Part shown: in pieces, positions 11,503 through 26,000 of the stretch
Numbering within the stretch: position 1 is the first letter of the stretch
Layout of the letters: every line of letters starts with the position of its first letter
The notes under the pieces: generated by a model
The model's input: the letters and a program-made list of their open reading frames with translations, nothing else
What the model was told of the DNA's origin: nothing
Database searches by the model: none
Position numbers and translations under genes: made by a program
Source: Octopus vulgaris
Lineage: Eukaryota
Reading direction: 5' to 3'
Assembly (NCBI GenBank): GCA_951406725.2
Contig: OX597817.1
Coordinates: 43,276,001-43,340,000 of the forward strand
DNA length: 64,000 bases

Positions 11503-12176
11503 CAAAAGATAGTTTCTATTTTAACCAAAATGCGCGGGCATGGGTGTGGGGTTAAAAAGCTTGCTTTGCAACCAGGTTGTTTCGAGTTCATACATACTGC
11601 GCGGGACCTTGCACAAGTGGCTTCTAATATAGCCCCGGGCCGATTGATGCCTTGTGAGTGAATTTTGTTGACGGAAATTGTGTGGAAGCCTATCGCGTGT
11701 GCGTGCGTGTGTGTGCATGTATATATATATATATGTATGTATGTGTGTGTCTGTCTTTGTGTTTGTTTATAGCCTCACCACTTGGCAACCGGTGTTGGTT
11801 TGTTTACGATTCCTTAACTTTCAGCAAAAGAGCCAGATAGAATAAGTACGAGGCTCTAAAAATAATAATAAAATTAAGATAAAAGATAAGTACTAGGGTC
11901 GATTTGTTTGACTAAACCCTTAAAGGCGGTGTCCCAGCATGGCCGCAGTCCAATGACTGACACAAATAAAAAGAAACGGTTATGTAACAGATTTTGTAAA
12001 GCTATGGTAGAGTTGATTAAATTGACCTCACAAAGGACGTGGGTAAAAACTGTAAGGCATTCTCCAATGCTCTACCGAGTCCAAAGAAGAAACCAATAAA
12101 TAAATATAAAATAACAAACAATATCTCTATACTTCAATGGAATTTTTTTCACAAAATAAAATATAAGATAGACAGA

Positions 12177-12830
<654 letters not shown>

Positions 12831-13410
12831 AGAGAGAAAAGCAGAAAATTCCTTCTGCTTTCCTCCTAGAAGAATTCAAGAAATAGCAGAGTTGTTTTGT
12901 AGTAGTAACCAAGTTAGGGGAGTAGAAGCGGATGCTGTTGTTGGCAAGGACAAGAACAGAAATATAAGCAAAAAAAAAAAAAAAAAAAAAGGTGTTGTTG
13001 ATGCCTGTGTAATGACGAGACGAGATAGCAACTAATGGTTTGCATGGAATCGGGTCCCTTGGGTTCTGCCGTAAATGTTCAACCTTACTTCTCAACGTAG
13101 TAGTAGTAGTAGTAGTAGCAGTGGTTGTCGTTTTTGGAGTTGATGTTTCAACTCTTGTTATTGTTGCTAACAATCACTATTTTGTTCCTACATGTTGCTC
13201 ACGCTGTTGTTGCCGTCGCTTCATTTGCCTTTTTTTTTTTCTTCCAATCCAGGTTTTTTTTTTTTTTATCGTTTTTGTCTCGTTGTTGTTATCCGTTTGT
13301 ATTGTTATGATTGTTGGTTTTGTTATTATCGACGTGTGAACAATTCGTCTTTTTGTGGTTGTTATTGTCGTTGCGGATTTCTTTGGTGTTTCTAATGGAA
13401 TATTACTAGC

Positions 13411-13650
13411 GAACAGTGGTCCCGGTGCGCGCACTCGCGTAGTCGCGCATGCTAGTCGTGACTAGTCGATCCTACAACGACTACCCTAGCATAGTAAATA
13501 AAACACAAAATAAATAAAATTTTTTTACACAAAATAAATAATTTTTGTTAAAGTAAATAACACACAAAAACACAAAGTAAGGACCGACTAGTCATGACTA
13601 GCTAGCGCGGATGCGCGAGTACGCGAGTGCGCGCACCGGGACCACTGTTC
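13411..13650. mobile_element. CpG-rich MITE/foldback element
   Basis: TIRs of about 60 bp GAACAGTGGTCCCGGTGCGCGCACTCGCGTA... / ...TACGCGAGTGCGCGCACCGGGACCACTGTTC around an AT-rich spacer. Confidence 0.75.
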
Positions 13651-14284
13651 TCAAGAAGTACCCCTACATGTTGCTCACGGTGTTGTTACCGCCGTTTCAT
13701 TTGATTTTTATTGCCCTGTTTTTTTTTTTTTGTTTTGCTTCCAATCCAGGTTTTTTTATCGTTGTTGTTGCTGTTGTTATCCGCTTGTATTGTTATAATT
13801 GTTGGTTCTATTGTCGTTGCGGATTTTCTTTGGTGTTTCTAACGGTACGGCTGTTGTGTCAAATGATGTTTATTTACTAAGGTGCGCAGCGAACTGTTAA
13901 TGAAAGAGAAAAAAAAGGGGGCGGCGTACCGTAGAAGCAATCAACAAGTTAAACGACCAATCTAGCAATTCAAACTTTCCAATCAACCAATTGACCAGCT
14001 GGACAACCAGCCATCAGTTTAGAGACAAACATAGGAGGCTGCTGCTGATGTAGAAGGGATAAGCAGATATGGTGGTTGGTATATAGCGGTAGCAGCGATG
14101 ATGGTGGAGGCGGTGGTGGTGGTGGTGGTGGTGGTGTGGTGGTGATGGTAGTAGTGGTGGCGGTGACGGTAGCGAGGTGATGCTGGTGGTTGCTGTGACG
14201 GTGGTGTTATGTGAGGGCCAATGGTTGTGAAAGGTTGTTGTGATGACACATCATAACTGTACATATAACTGTATAAATACGAAC

Positions 14285-14389
14285 AGATACATACATACAT
14301 GCACACACACACACATACATACACACATACATACATACATACATACATACATACATACATACATACATACATACATACATACACATACA

Positions 14390-14420
<31 letters not shown>

Positions 14421-14626
14421 GCATACATATTTATATCTATCTATCTGTGTATACATGCATACACATATACATACATACACACATACATATATACATACAT
14501 AATTACACATACATAAATGTATATATAAATACATACATACACACATACACGCATATACATACATGCATACATACATACATACATACATACATACATACAT
14601 ACACACGCATACATAAATACATACAA

Positions 14627-14687
<61 letters not shown>

Positions 14688-14748
14688 ACTGTCTGTCTGT
14701 CTCTCTGTCTATCAATCTATCTATCTGTCTGTCTGTCTGTCTGTCTGC

Positions 14749-14828
<80 letters not shown>

Positions 14829-15221
14829 GTGTATACATGTGTATGTGTATGTGTATGCAAAGCTGTATGTATGTATATGGTTATGTAGATACAAACACAC
14901 ATACACAAACAGAGTGCAACAACATGGACACGTGTCAACGCACTCATATGCTAACACATAGACATACACAAACACATACACATAACATGTACAAATAAAC
15001 ACAATCACATTGGCATACAAATACACACACATATACACTGGCGCTCATGAATACATACACATGTAGAAAGATGAACATATACAAACACATTGATTACAGG
15101 GATATACATACACAGACATGAGAAGCCATACATATGTATGGCTGCATACATATTCACCTTTGTTGGTATACTCATGAAAACATACGTTTGCACACCTCTA
15201 TACACAACCTCCGAGGCACTT

Positions 15222-15266
<45 letters not shown>

Positions 15267-15362
15267 TAAACATACACATAAAGTCAAACACACATACAAA
15301 CTCAAACATACACAAGCACACACATACATACACACAAGTACAAACACAGATACAAAAGCACA

Positions 15363-15407
<45 letters not shown>

Positions 15408-16238
15408 ACATAAAGTCAAACACACATACAAACTCAAACATACACAAGCACACACATACACACACATGTACAAACACACATACTAAAGCACAAGCACACA
15501 CACAGACATCAACACAAACCTGATTACACAAACACACATACACACAAACGTGCATACACACAAGCATACACTCATAATAGAAAGACAACCGCGATTACAC
15601 ACACATGCACGCATGTCCATACTCACACAGACACACACAGCGCACACATATACCTACCAGAAAGCTAAACTATAAATAAACCAAGCTACATTTTGCTGTT
15701 TTCTGTCATTCGAAATATTTCTGTCCGCAAAAGAAGATAGATGGAAACAACAGCAGGATTTCACAAGATGACCTATTCTTAAGATGGACACATCCATTCA
15801 TCCCAATATGGATTATTCTCTTCCCTTGTTTCCGTTCCATCAACGACAGTCAAACACTTTCTGCTGATTTACACGGAAAAGGAGGCAAACTTTACCACGG
15901 AACAGGGTTGTTGGACCGACCAGGCATGCATTGATAATGTGAAACTGAGTGAGCGTATACACAAATACACACATACACACACATACACCATGCCTACACA
16001 CACACACATACACACAGAGTCATACATGGTGTATATAATATATGAAAATATACACACCTGAGGAGCATGGATGTTTTAAGAAAGAGTATTTGCATACATA
16101 GACATACATATCCATAAGTATATATTATACATACATATATATATATACATACATACAAAATATATATATATATATATATCATGGCCGCAGCCTTAGGGCT
16201 AAAACATTTTTAAGGATTTAAGGATTTATACCTACAAA

Positions 16239-16295
<57 letters not shown>

Positions 16296-17005
16296 CACAC
16301 ATACATACATATACATTTATAAATATATGAATACATAAAACAGGTGTATGTAAATAGATACATACATGTGTGCATATATATGTGTATATAGTATAAGACA
16401 TGCATTTAAACACACCTGAACTGTATAGATGATATGGGAAAAGAGAGTGTATAGTTACACGTAGAAGTAGACAGAAACAAACACACACACACACACATGC
16501 ACGCGCACACTCACATACATGGCAGGAGCATATAGACAGAGAGATAGACAAACAGACAGACAAACAGATAGATAGCTTGATAGCGAGCTAGCTAGTTAGA
16601 TACATGCATACACAAATACAGATACATGTGTATACGTCTATATAACAGGTATATATAAACAGATAGACAAAAAAATTGATTGATAGATAATTACACACAG
16701 ATATTGACAAACATAGATATATATACTCATTATACACACCTGGATTGTAAAGATGATAATGTCTAAATGGAAAAAATACATATATACTCATAAATATATA
16801 TATAATTAGATAAATACATACAGACATATTTGAAATACTTGATTCATGTGTACACCTATATATATATATGTTTACAAATTATATATAACATGCATATACA
16901 TAAATGACAGGAAACAATAATGGAAGCAGAACAACTTCACACACACACTCATATATTTAGCATGCACAGGTAGAGAGATACATACACACATACATTTACA
17001 CAAGT

Positions 17006-17047
<42 letters not shown>

Positions 17048-17534
17048 TCATCTTTAGTAAATATAGAATTTACACAGATTCATGTTATACACACACCTGA
17101 AATATACTTATAATGAGTAAAGAGTGTACACACATGCACTGATACAGATATTAGATAAATGTCAATACATAAAACACACATGTCTTATACAAAGCAGCAG
17201 TAGCAGTAGTGCACACACACACACAAACACACACACACACACACACATGTATATATATATACATATGTATATAGTTCAAAATTGTTCAAAGAACAAAGGA
17301 TTGAGACAGGTGAGGAAACAAGATGCTAGGTGCATTAGTTTGATGCTTGCTTGAAATGTCTTGTTAATGTATGTATAATATATTGTGTATATTTACTTAG
17401 AGCATATAGTGTGTATACATACTATATGTATATGAAGATAAGTTTACAAAGACACTTATAACATGTGCATACATACTCGCACAAATAGATAAGTTCCACT
17501 TCATAAATACACACATTCACACACACACACACGC

Positions 17535-17580
<46 letters not shown>

Positions 17581-18460
17581 ACACACACACACATATATAT
17601 AGAGAGAGAGACAAAGAAAGAAAAATAAATAAATAAAATTGGACACACATACACACAGATATATACAGTACATGAATACATTGATGAAAATTCTTTGACA
17701 TTGTACAAAGTGTTTGTAGATGATTCACTGTGGAAATCACATGTAATGTGTGTATATATACATATACACATACATATATACACATGCACAGATATCTCTG
17801 AAGTAACTTGAAATTGTATAAGATATACAGTGAATATGATAGATATAGGCATATAAATACTTATAGAGTGTATATCATAGACATAACTAAAGAAAAATAG
17901 CGTGAATGACATAGACGTCTACTTATAGATATATATATATATAACAGATGCCATAATATAATATATATTCCGTATAAGATATATTATAAGTACATTCACA
18001 GAACAGTGTTAGACACATACACATCCAAAACGTACACACATTGGAAAATGTAACAAATGTTATATGGGTAACCTACAGAACACATAACTTTTCATATATA
18101 CATACATACAAACATATACACATATATATATTTATATATATGCATACATACACACATACATAACTGTTATACATACTACGTGTGTGTGTGTGTGTGTATA
18201 TACATATATATATATATATAGATATATTCATACATACATACATACATATATATATATATACATGTACGTATGCATGTATCTATAAGTGTGTGTGTGTATA
18301 TATATACATATATATATATGTATGTATGTATATATCAACATTAAACCAGTGCATACTCAAGAAAAATAATATAGATTTACAATATGCACATTAATCTACA
18401 ATGTGAGCTTGGATGACCAAAACACACATAAATTAAAAAGCACACACATATACACACCAC
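14285..18460. repeat. Long microsatellite/low-complexity tract ((CATA)n, (CTAT)n, (CTGT)n, (CA)n, (TA)n)
   Basis: Direct inspection; includes a small duplicated unit at ~15274 and ~15406. Confidence 0.9.
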
Positions 18461-18475
18461 AACAACAACAATAAA

Positions 18476-18788
18476 ATGGACTTATTGTTGTTTTGTGTGT
18501 CTCAACTTTTCTTTGGACAAGTTATGAACCATTCTTTAAAGCCATCCCCTGTTATGGGGAATAGATTGACCAGTGACGACACTGGTCAGCCTCCCTTGGT
18601 CCCTAAATCAGTCAGTCAGACAATGTCATCAATTCCTTGGTCAGTATTACGGCTGAAGAAATCTATCAGAGATGTTCAACAGAAAACTAAGGACCATGAA
18701 CAAGATGATGATGACGATGATGATGATGACAATGATAACAGTGAAACCACTAATAAAAACAAAAGTAATAATGAAAATAATGATGGTA

Positions 18789-18861
<73 letters not shown>

Positions 18862-19378
18862 CAATAATAATAATAATAATACGAATGTTGATGTTATGAA
18901 AGTGTTTAACAGAAGCAATGGAAGCTTACAGTACAGGGATCAGGTCCAGAGGAACTGCTCCTTCTATAATGAGACCTATACGACGGACCCATTGATAACT
19001 GAAATGGAAACATGCCGAATGTGCATCTGTGAAGAAACTGCCATCTCAGATCCTACTTTTATCCCTGTTGTGGCCCCTGTGACACATGATCTTAAAGCAC
19101 CCGATGGGGTGAACGAAGCCAAAGCTCTCTCCTATGTAATCCAGTGTATGTGGGTGCCCTGCTTGAACTTATCTCTAGCTGTGAACATCAGCTCGGAGGT
19201 GAACAACACAGAAATATTTTTCATAAGAACTGGCTTCCGTGTTGGTAAGTGCTTGATTGCAGTCGGTGCAGTGATTGCATGCTTGTTAATTGCAGCACTT
19301 CTCCTGTCTGTGCACCGTTTCTGTCAAAATAGGGCCCACTTCCAACTACATTCACAGTATGAAGATGATATGTATTAA
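18476..19378 (+). CDS. Putative single-pass membrane protein, 300 aa: hydrophobic N-terminus, poly-Asp/poly-Asn linker, VWC-like cysteine module, TM helix, 21-aa tail
   Basis: Longest ORF in the window and mostly non-repetitive; start context AAAATGG; frame kept through (GAT)n and (AAT)n tracts; C-SFYNETY...TCRMCIC...IQCMWVPC resembles VWC Cys spacing; hydrophobic LIAVGAVIACLLIAALLLSV followed by HR. Confidence 0.65.
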
Positions 19379-19440
19379 GTGTTTATGTGACGGGACAGAT
19401 GGATGCAACAGCAATAATAACAATATCAGAGACAGCAACC

Positions 19441-19474
<34 letters not shown>

Positions 19475-19964
19475 TAATAATAATAATAATAATAATAAGT
19501 GTATATTAAATCCTAACGACCACAACAACAATGGCTACAACATTGGTATCAGGGAAATTATTAACAAGGATCTGTACCAAACTTCTGCTGCTGTTACTTC
19601 AACAACAGCAACAACAATGGTTTTAGCAAACTGTGACCATCACAAACAGCAGCAGCAACATCAACATAAATAAAGACAGCAATAATAATAATATAAACAA
19701 TGAGGATAAGGAAAACAACAACATAAAAAAAATAAACAATAATAACAAAGTTGGGAAGAAGAACAAACGATAACAACAAAAAAACAAACAACATGATGAG
19801 AACAGCAGCTGGAGCTACATAATATAGACAACACCAACGTAACTATGACAACAAGAATACAATAAATAAATAATAATAAGAAGAAGAACACCAACAGCGA
19901 AAATGAAAGTAAAAGTATTGCCAATAACAACACAATCAGTAATTACTGGTCATTAACTTGCTGC

Positions 19965-20465
19965 CGCCGCCACCGCCACCACCAGCACCACCAGCAACAC
20001 CACCACCACCACCACCACCACCACCACCACCACCACCACCACCACCACAACAACAACAACCCCCCACCACCACCACCACAACAAACACCATGACTCCAAT
20101 GAACAAAATGAGAAAAAGAAAACAATGGAGTCAAAGACAAAGAAATAAAATATAAATAAAATAAAAACCATATAAAAAATTAAAAGCAAAAATTAAATCT
20201 GTATCATCTAAATATAGCTCACACCACCACCACTAACACCACAGCCAACACCGCTATTAATAACTATTAATATTACTGCATCTTACAATGTTACTACAAC
20301 GATCATGATGCCCACCAGTCATACCATCATGACCACCACCACCACTACCACCACCATCGCTGCTGCAACCGCCACCACCACCGCCGCTGCAACCGCCACC
20401 ACCACCACAAACATCACTACCACCATCGCCGTTGTCACCGCCACCACCACCACTGCCATCCTCAC
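19965..20465. repeat. (CAC)n/(CCG)n/(CAA)n trinucleotide-rich tract
   Basis: Direct inspection. Confidence 0.9.
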
Positions 20466-21038
20466 TGCCAACATATTCCCCCCAAGGGTCACGTCACCAA
20501 TAGCTCAATAGCTACCGTGGTACCAACAAATAACAATAACAACAACAAACAACAACAATCACCCCATCAACAACAACACCAACAACAACAACATCAATAA
20601 GGATCACATAAGCATTGATAACAAAAACAACTTCAATGAAAATCACAACAACAACAACAACAACAACAACTATAACACTAGCCATCAGACGAAGAAAAAT
20701 AGAAATTGCTGTAAACAATGGCAGTATTTATTGCTGTCGTTAACTGATAAATTTAGGAAGCTAAATTAGATATTCTAATTTGCATATTTCAATTAAATAT
20801 CAAATTATTTCGTTATTTTATTCTGCATAAAATTTCAAAAAGATAACATTGTGCTGTTATTTTCATGAACAGAAATTTAAAAGTTTTACTTTGTTTTGAA
20901 ATTGGAAAAAAAAAACCCACAAAAAAAACAAAACGAAACAAAACAATTGAATATTGATTTGAATTTAAGCTTAATTTTTTTTGTTAAATTAATTTCTTTT
21001 GGGCTGAATTATGATTTCAAATTTTTGATTTGATGCAT

Positions 21039-21069
<31 letters not shown>

Positions 21070-21139
21070 TTTGACCCACCCCCAGAATTCAATTGATGAC
21101 TAGATCCTAGATTTGTGATAAATCTGAAATTTTAAACTG

Positions 21140-21195
<56 letters not shown>

Positions 21196-21222
21196 TATAT
21201 ATATATATACACACACACACAT

Positions 21223-21255
<33 letters not shown>

Positions 21256-22613
21256 CACACTCATACACACACACATGCACAAGCGTGTGCACACACAGAC
21301 ATGCGCATAACATACACACAGACAAGCACACACACACATGCACACACACACATGCACACACACACACATGCACACACACATATAATGTAATAAATGAACA
21401 TTGGCCTCCATCTCCTACCCTCCATAAAAAAAAACAAAAACAAACATGTGTATTTATCAGAAATAATTTTACATCATAAAACTGATTATGAACAATACCA
21501 CCACCACCACCACCACCACCATCACCACCACCACCAATCACCACTACCACCCCACCCCACCCCACCATTTCCCCACCATCAGCAACACCTCCAACATCAA
21601 CAGCAATAACAGCGTCACCATGCTGATGAAGGGAACCCTTACACAATTGGTGAACTTGTTAGAAATAGCAACCAAATGACCCTCAAAATCACACTCTACT
21701 CTGTTATAAAAAAAAAAGTGGAAGCACACGGTCAGAAAAAAGGAAGATACGATGGTCATGACTATAGCAATTTTGATCATAGATGCACTCAAACAGAACT
21801 GACACGGTACTAAACAACAACAACAACAACATCGGCAACAATAAAAATCATAACAACAGTAAATTAAGTAAAAAAAAATATGACAGTAAGTAATGAAAAT
21901 AAGAAACTAAAAATAGTACAAAAAACCCCCTCTAAAGAACAAAACCATTTGTTTGAGTCTTACTTGAGAAGACACAAGTGTAGTGATTCACTCAAGTAAG
22001 AATTGATTGGATGACATAATTGTTTTGCAATGGAATATTGAAGATTTTTAGAATTGTATTTTTCTAAAATAGTTTCCATTAGTTTTTTTTGTAAAGACCA
22101 GATTAAAATCCGTTTGAGAGTGGCTTTGTTGAATATTTTCTTAAAGACCCAGTTATCAGCAAAGTTCATTATGCTTTCTGTTAATTTTAGCTTTGAGTAA
22201 TAACACCCAACATGACTCAACTAAAGAGCCAAAAAAAAAGAAAAAAAGAAAAAATATAAACACAAAGACATATAAATAACAACCATAATCATAACAAAAT
22301 CCTTTTCTTTAAGATTTTGCATCCATAGAGTTGTATGAGTCTGAAAATTCTCGCATTTGCATTAATTGTTGGAGTAGCTGTTTATTTTATACAATTAGAT
22401 GCCTTTTCTAATTTTAATAATTCAAACAATGCCAAAAAAAAAACCAAAAAAAAAACCCCAAAAAGTGGGGAGATACCTATTTTCCAGCTTATTAAGGTAA
22501 GTAGAATTCCGTGACTAAGATCAAGTGTATATTATCAGAATATTATACTATTTGCAGTATTTTATCAATGTGATTATTGTACATTGTGTTTATTATTTGA
22601 TATTACCAATTTA

Positions 22614-23100
22614 TCTATTATATAAAATCCGTTCTGTCTGTGTGTGTGTCTTCTAGGATCTCGGGCATCCCCTATCCGATTGCGCTCAAATTTGATATGT
22701 AGATACTGACGGTATCAGGGCGTGTATAAGTCTTGAAAAAATTACAAAAATCGATTCCAGGTGAGAATGCGATTGATAAAGCCGTGGGAATGTGCATTTG
22801 TAAAATCGTTTTTCTTGGAATAGAAAAAAAGTCTATCTTTATTTCTTCTTTTGCTGGGGTTTCAAATTTAAGTTAAATAAGTGTTTCTCAAAGGGGAGGC
22901 CTATGGGACAGTTGGACAAGTTGTTTTGAGAAAATTTGGTTTAAATGTTTGACAACTCAGCACCGTCCATTGGATGGGGGAGGGGGCGTTTTGCTCGCCT
23001 TATATATCCTCTATGATTCACAGATCTTCTACATTGAATACTTACACCTCACTAACATTCTACACCACATCCTTTACACATGTTTCAATGTTTTGTTTAG
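22614..23100 (+). mobile_element. Probable non-autonomous Helitron-like element, 5' part
   Basis: Starts TCTATTATATAAAATCCGTTCTGTCTGTGTGTG followed by CCGATTGCGCTCAAATTTG, a layout typical of non-autonomous Helitron 5' ends; 3' end not identified. Confidence 0.4.
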
Positions 23101-23200
23101 ATAAAGATAAGTAGAAGCAGTGGTTTGTGGAGCTGGTGTGTTTGCCAGTCAAGGCAGCCCATGAGTTTACTCCCCACCCAACTCTACCATGCAAGCCTAT

Positions 23201-23417
23201 ACAGGGTTACACAGCAAACTCTAAAGTACCATCCCCATAAAGAAATCACCTGGGGTGGACTGCATCCCTTGCTTTCTCTCTACTATGCAGAAATAGCATC
23301 TTCTTGAACAGGTTTACACATCAAACCCTAAAGTGCCGTCCCCATAAAGAAATCACCTCGGGTGGACTGCATTCCTTGCTTTCTCTCTACTATGCAGAAG
23401 TAGCATCTTTTTGAACT
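23201..23417. repeat. Tandem duplication of a ~107-bp unit
   Basis: Two copies of CCCCATAAAGAAATCACCT-GGGTGGACTGCAT-CCTTGCTTTCTCTCTACTATGCAGAA-TAGCATCTT-TTGAAC. Confidence 0.9.
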
Positions 23418-23842
23418 TCCACCCCTTCCTTATCAATCATAGCTCCTATGTTTTTTACTACAGCTACCCCAGTTCTAATTTATTGTCGGCTAGGTAATAG
23501 GAATTGTCTACAACACTTCTTTCATAATCGTGGTCAGTCTCTCTCTCTGCCCTTTCTTCCAAGTGTCTGCCTCTGTTCATTCATACCTAAATCCATTTTT
23601 GTTTTAGAACTATGGTAATAGAATTAATTTAATACTTCTAGTGGTGATTCAGGCCCACAAAGAGACTCAAACTGAACACAACATCATCATCATCGCTGTT
23701 GTTGTCATTGTCATCATCATTGATGTTGCCATCATCATTGTCATTGTCATCATCATCGTCGTCATCATCATCATCATCATCATTTAACATCCATGTTCTA
23801 TATCAGCACCAGTAGCATTTCAATATCAATATTCTCTTTGCT

Positions 23843-24225
23843 TAAGGTGGCAAGCTGGCAGAAACTTTTGCACACCAGACAAAATGCTTAGCGGCATTTT
23901 GTCTGCCGCTACGTTCTGAGTTCAAATTCCTCAGAGGTTGACTTTGCCTTTCATCCTTTCAGGGTCAATTAAATAAGTACCAGTTACGCACTGGGGTTGA
24001 TATAATCGACTTAATCCGTCTGTCCGTCCTTGTTTGTCTCCTCTGTGTTTAGCCCCTTGTGGGTAGAAAAGAAATAGGTATTTCGTCTTTATGTTCTAAG
24101 TTCAAATTCTGCCAAGGTTGACTTTGCCTTTCATCCTTTCAATAAATTGAATACCAGCTGTGTACTGGGGTCAATCTAATCGACTGGCCCCCTCCCCCCA
24201 CAAATTTTGGGCCTTGTGCTTAGAA
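23843..24225 (+). mobile_element. Dimeric family A SINE
   Basis: Two tandem B-box+core units; same layout as 8140-8534 and 38651-39065. Confidence 0.85.
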
Positions 24226-25368
24226 TATTCTCTCTGTTTATGATGATGATCTGTACTTTTTATGGCATCACCTTATGGCTAAATAAACCGGGCTGGTGAT
24301 AGTAAAATGCCTCTGCCACAAACACAGTTTATAAATTGCTAATTCCTTGGCAGGTAGTTTAGCTTCTATTTACTCTAGGTATGACTCAGCATTTATCCCC
24401 TACACCAAGTTGTCTTTTCTATCAAGTGTTTTTCTACAAGTTGTCATCTTATAGTAATCACATTTATCGTTTCATTAGTTTCTGCAGCAACCTTACTATA
24501 GACACATGGCATTTGCTTAAATTGCTTGTCTATTTTTGTAGAGCTGTTTCTGTTTGTTTATAATTTCCATCAAACAGACAAACAAGCCATCGACTTGCAA
24601 CGACTGCTGTTATGCTCGTCATCCTATTGCTTAGCAACATCAGTTGTAATTTGAAAATTCCAGCCGAAGTTTGGTTGATGGAGCAGCAGCACTAATTATG
24701 CTGTAGTGATTCACTGTATTGACAGTGGTAGGCGCTGGAGTGTAAGAGGTAAGATCTGAAAAATCAAAGCCTGCAAACCCAGGTTCAGTTCCTGGTTGAA
24801 TCATTCTTATTTCAGTTGCACAGCATTAAAAAAATGCATGAATGTCACAAATTCCATTTCCCCCTCTTATGAAGTCAACTGGACTCGTTATTCCTGAGAA
24901 GGTAATTATAAATTAGAAGAATATAGTAATTGACTTTATGTGTCAGACAAGGGAACTGAAGAAATAAATTGAATAAATATTGTGGATTATTGGCTCTGGC
25001 ATGGCTGTGTGGTTGAGGAGCTTACTTTCCAACCATGTAGTGCCTGGTTCAGTCCTATTGTGTAGCACCTTGGACAGGTGTCTACTATTGTAATGCCAGA
25101 TGAATAATGTCTTCTAAGTGGATTTGATAAATGGAAAACTGCCTCAAAGCTTGTTGTGTGTGTGTGTGTGTGTGTGTGTGTGCACGCACACACACTTGTG
25201 TATATGTATATATATGTATATATATGCATACATACAAACATAAATATGTATATATATAAATATACACACATACATGCATATATATATATATATATATACA
25301 AGCATAAATATATATATATATACACATACATACATACATTCATATATATATATATATGAATGCATGTG

Positions 25369-25401
<33 letters not shown>

Positions 25402-25709
25402 ATGTCTTTGTGTTTGTTCCTCTCATCACTTGACAACCAGTGCTGGTTTGTTTATGTCCCTCTAACTTAGCAGTTCAGCAAACGGTTATGATAGAATAAG
25501 TACCAGACTGAAAAATAAGTAGTCAATTTGTTTAACAAAACCCTTCAAGACAATTCCTCAGCTTGGCTGCCATCCAATGACTGAAACAAGTAAATGATAA
25601 AAGACAACTGATGTTTACTAGAAACTATTAGTACACCAATAAATTAATTGTTAGTAATTAATATATTAGTTACTCACACTCATAAGTGTGAGAACGAAAT
25701 TTGCTAAGA

Positions 25710-26000
25710 GTACTGGCACCTGTGCTGGTGGCATGTGAAAAAACATTCGAGCGAGGTTGTTGCCAGTGTCGCTGGACTGGCTCTTGTGCAGGTGGCATGT
25801 AAAAAATACCATTTGAGCGTGGGTGTTGCCAGTACTGCCTGACTGGCCCTCGTGCCAGTGGCATGTAAAAGCACCCACTACACTCTATGAGTGGTTGGCG
25901 TTAGGAAAGGCATCCAGCTATAGAAACTCTGCCAGATCAGATTGGAACCTGCTAGCATGGAAAGCGGACGGTAAATGATGATGATAATGATGATGATGTT
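25710..26000 (+). mobile_element. Family C short retroelement (internal ~63-bp tandem units, RTE-related 3' part, (GAT)n tail)
   Basis: GTGGTTGGCGTTAGGAAAGGCATCCAGCT...GCATGGAAAGCGGACG + (GAT)n; related copies at 26860-27350, 33836-34198, 38235-38455, 53070-53280, 54780-55065 and 60690-60865. Confidence 0.75.

Noticed and set aside
14019-18394. Many long ORFs on both strands ([12 protein letters not shown] repeats)
   Set aside because: Translations of (CA)n, (TA)n and (CATA)n microsatellites; no coding complexity.
24612-24754. Possible signal-peptide first exon (MLVILLLSNISC...) with a nearby GTAAGA donor
   Set aside because: An in-frame stop precedes the donor, and the phase-1 frame also has a stop at 24676.
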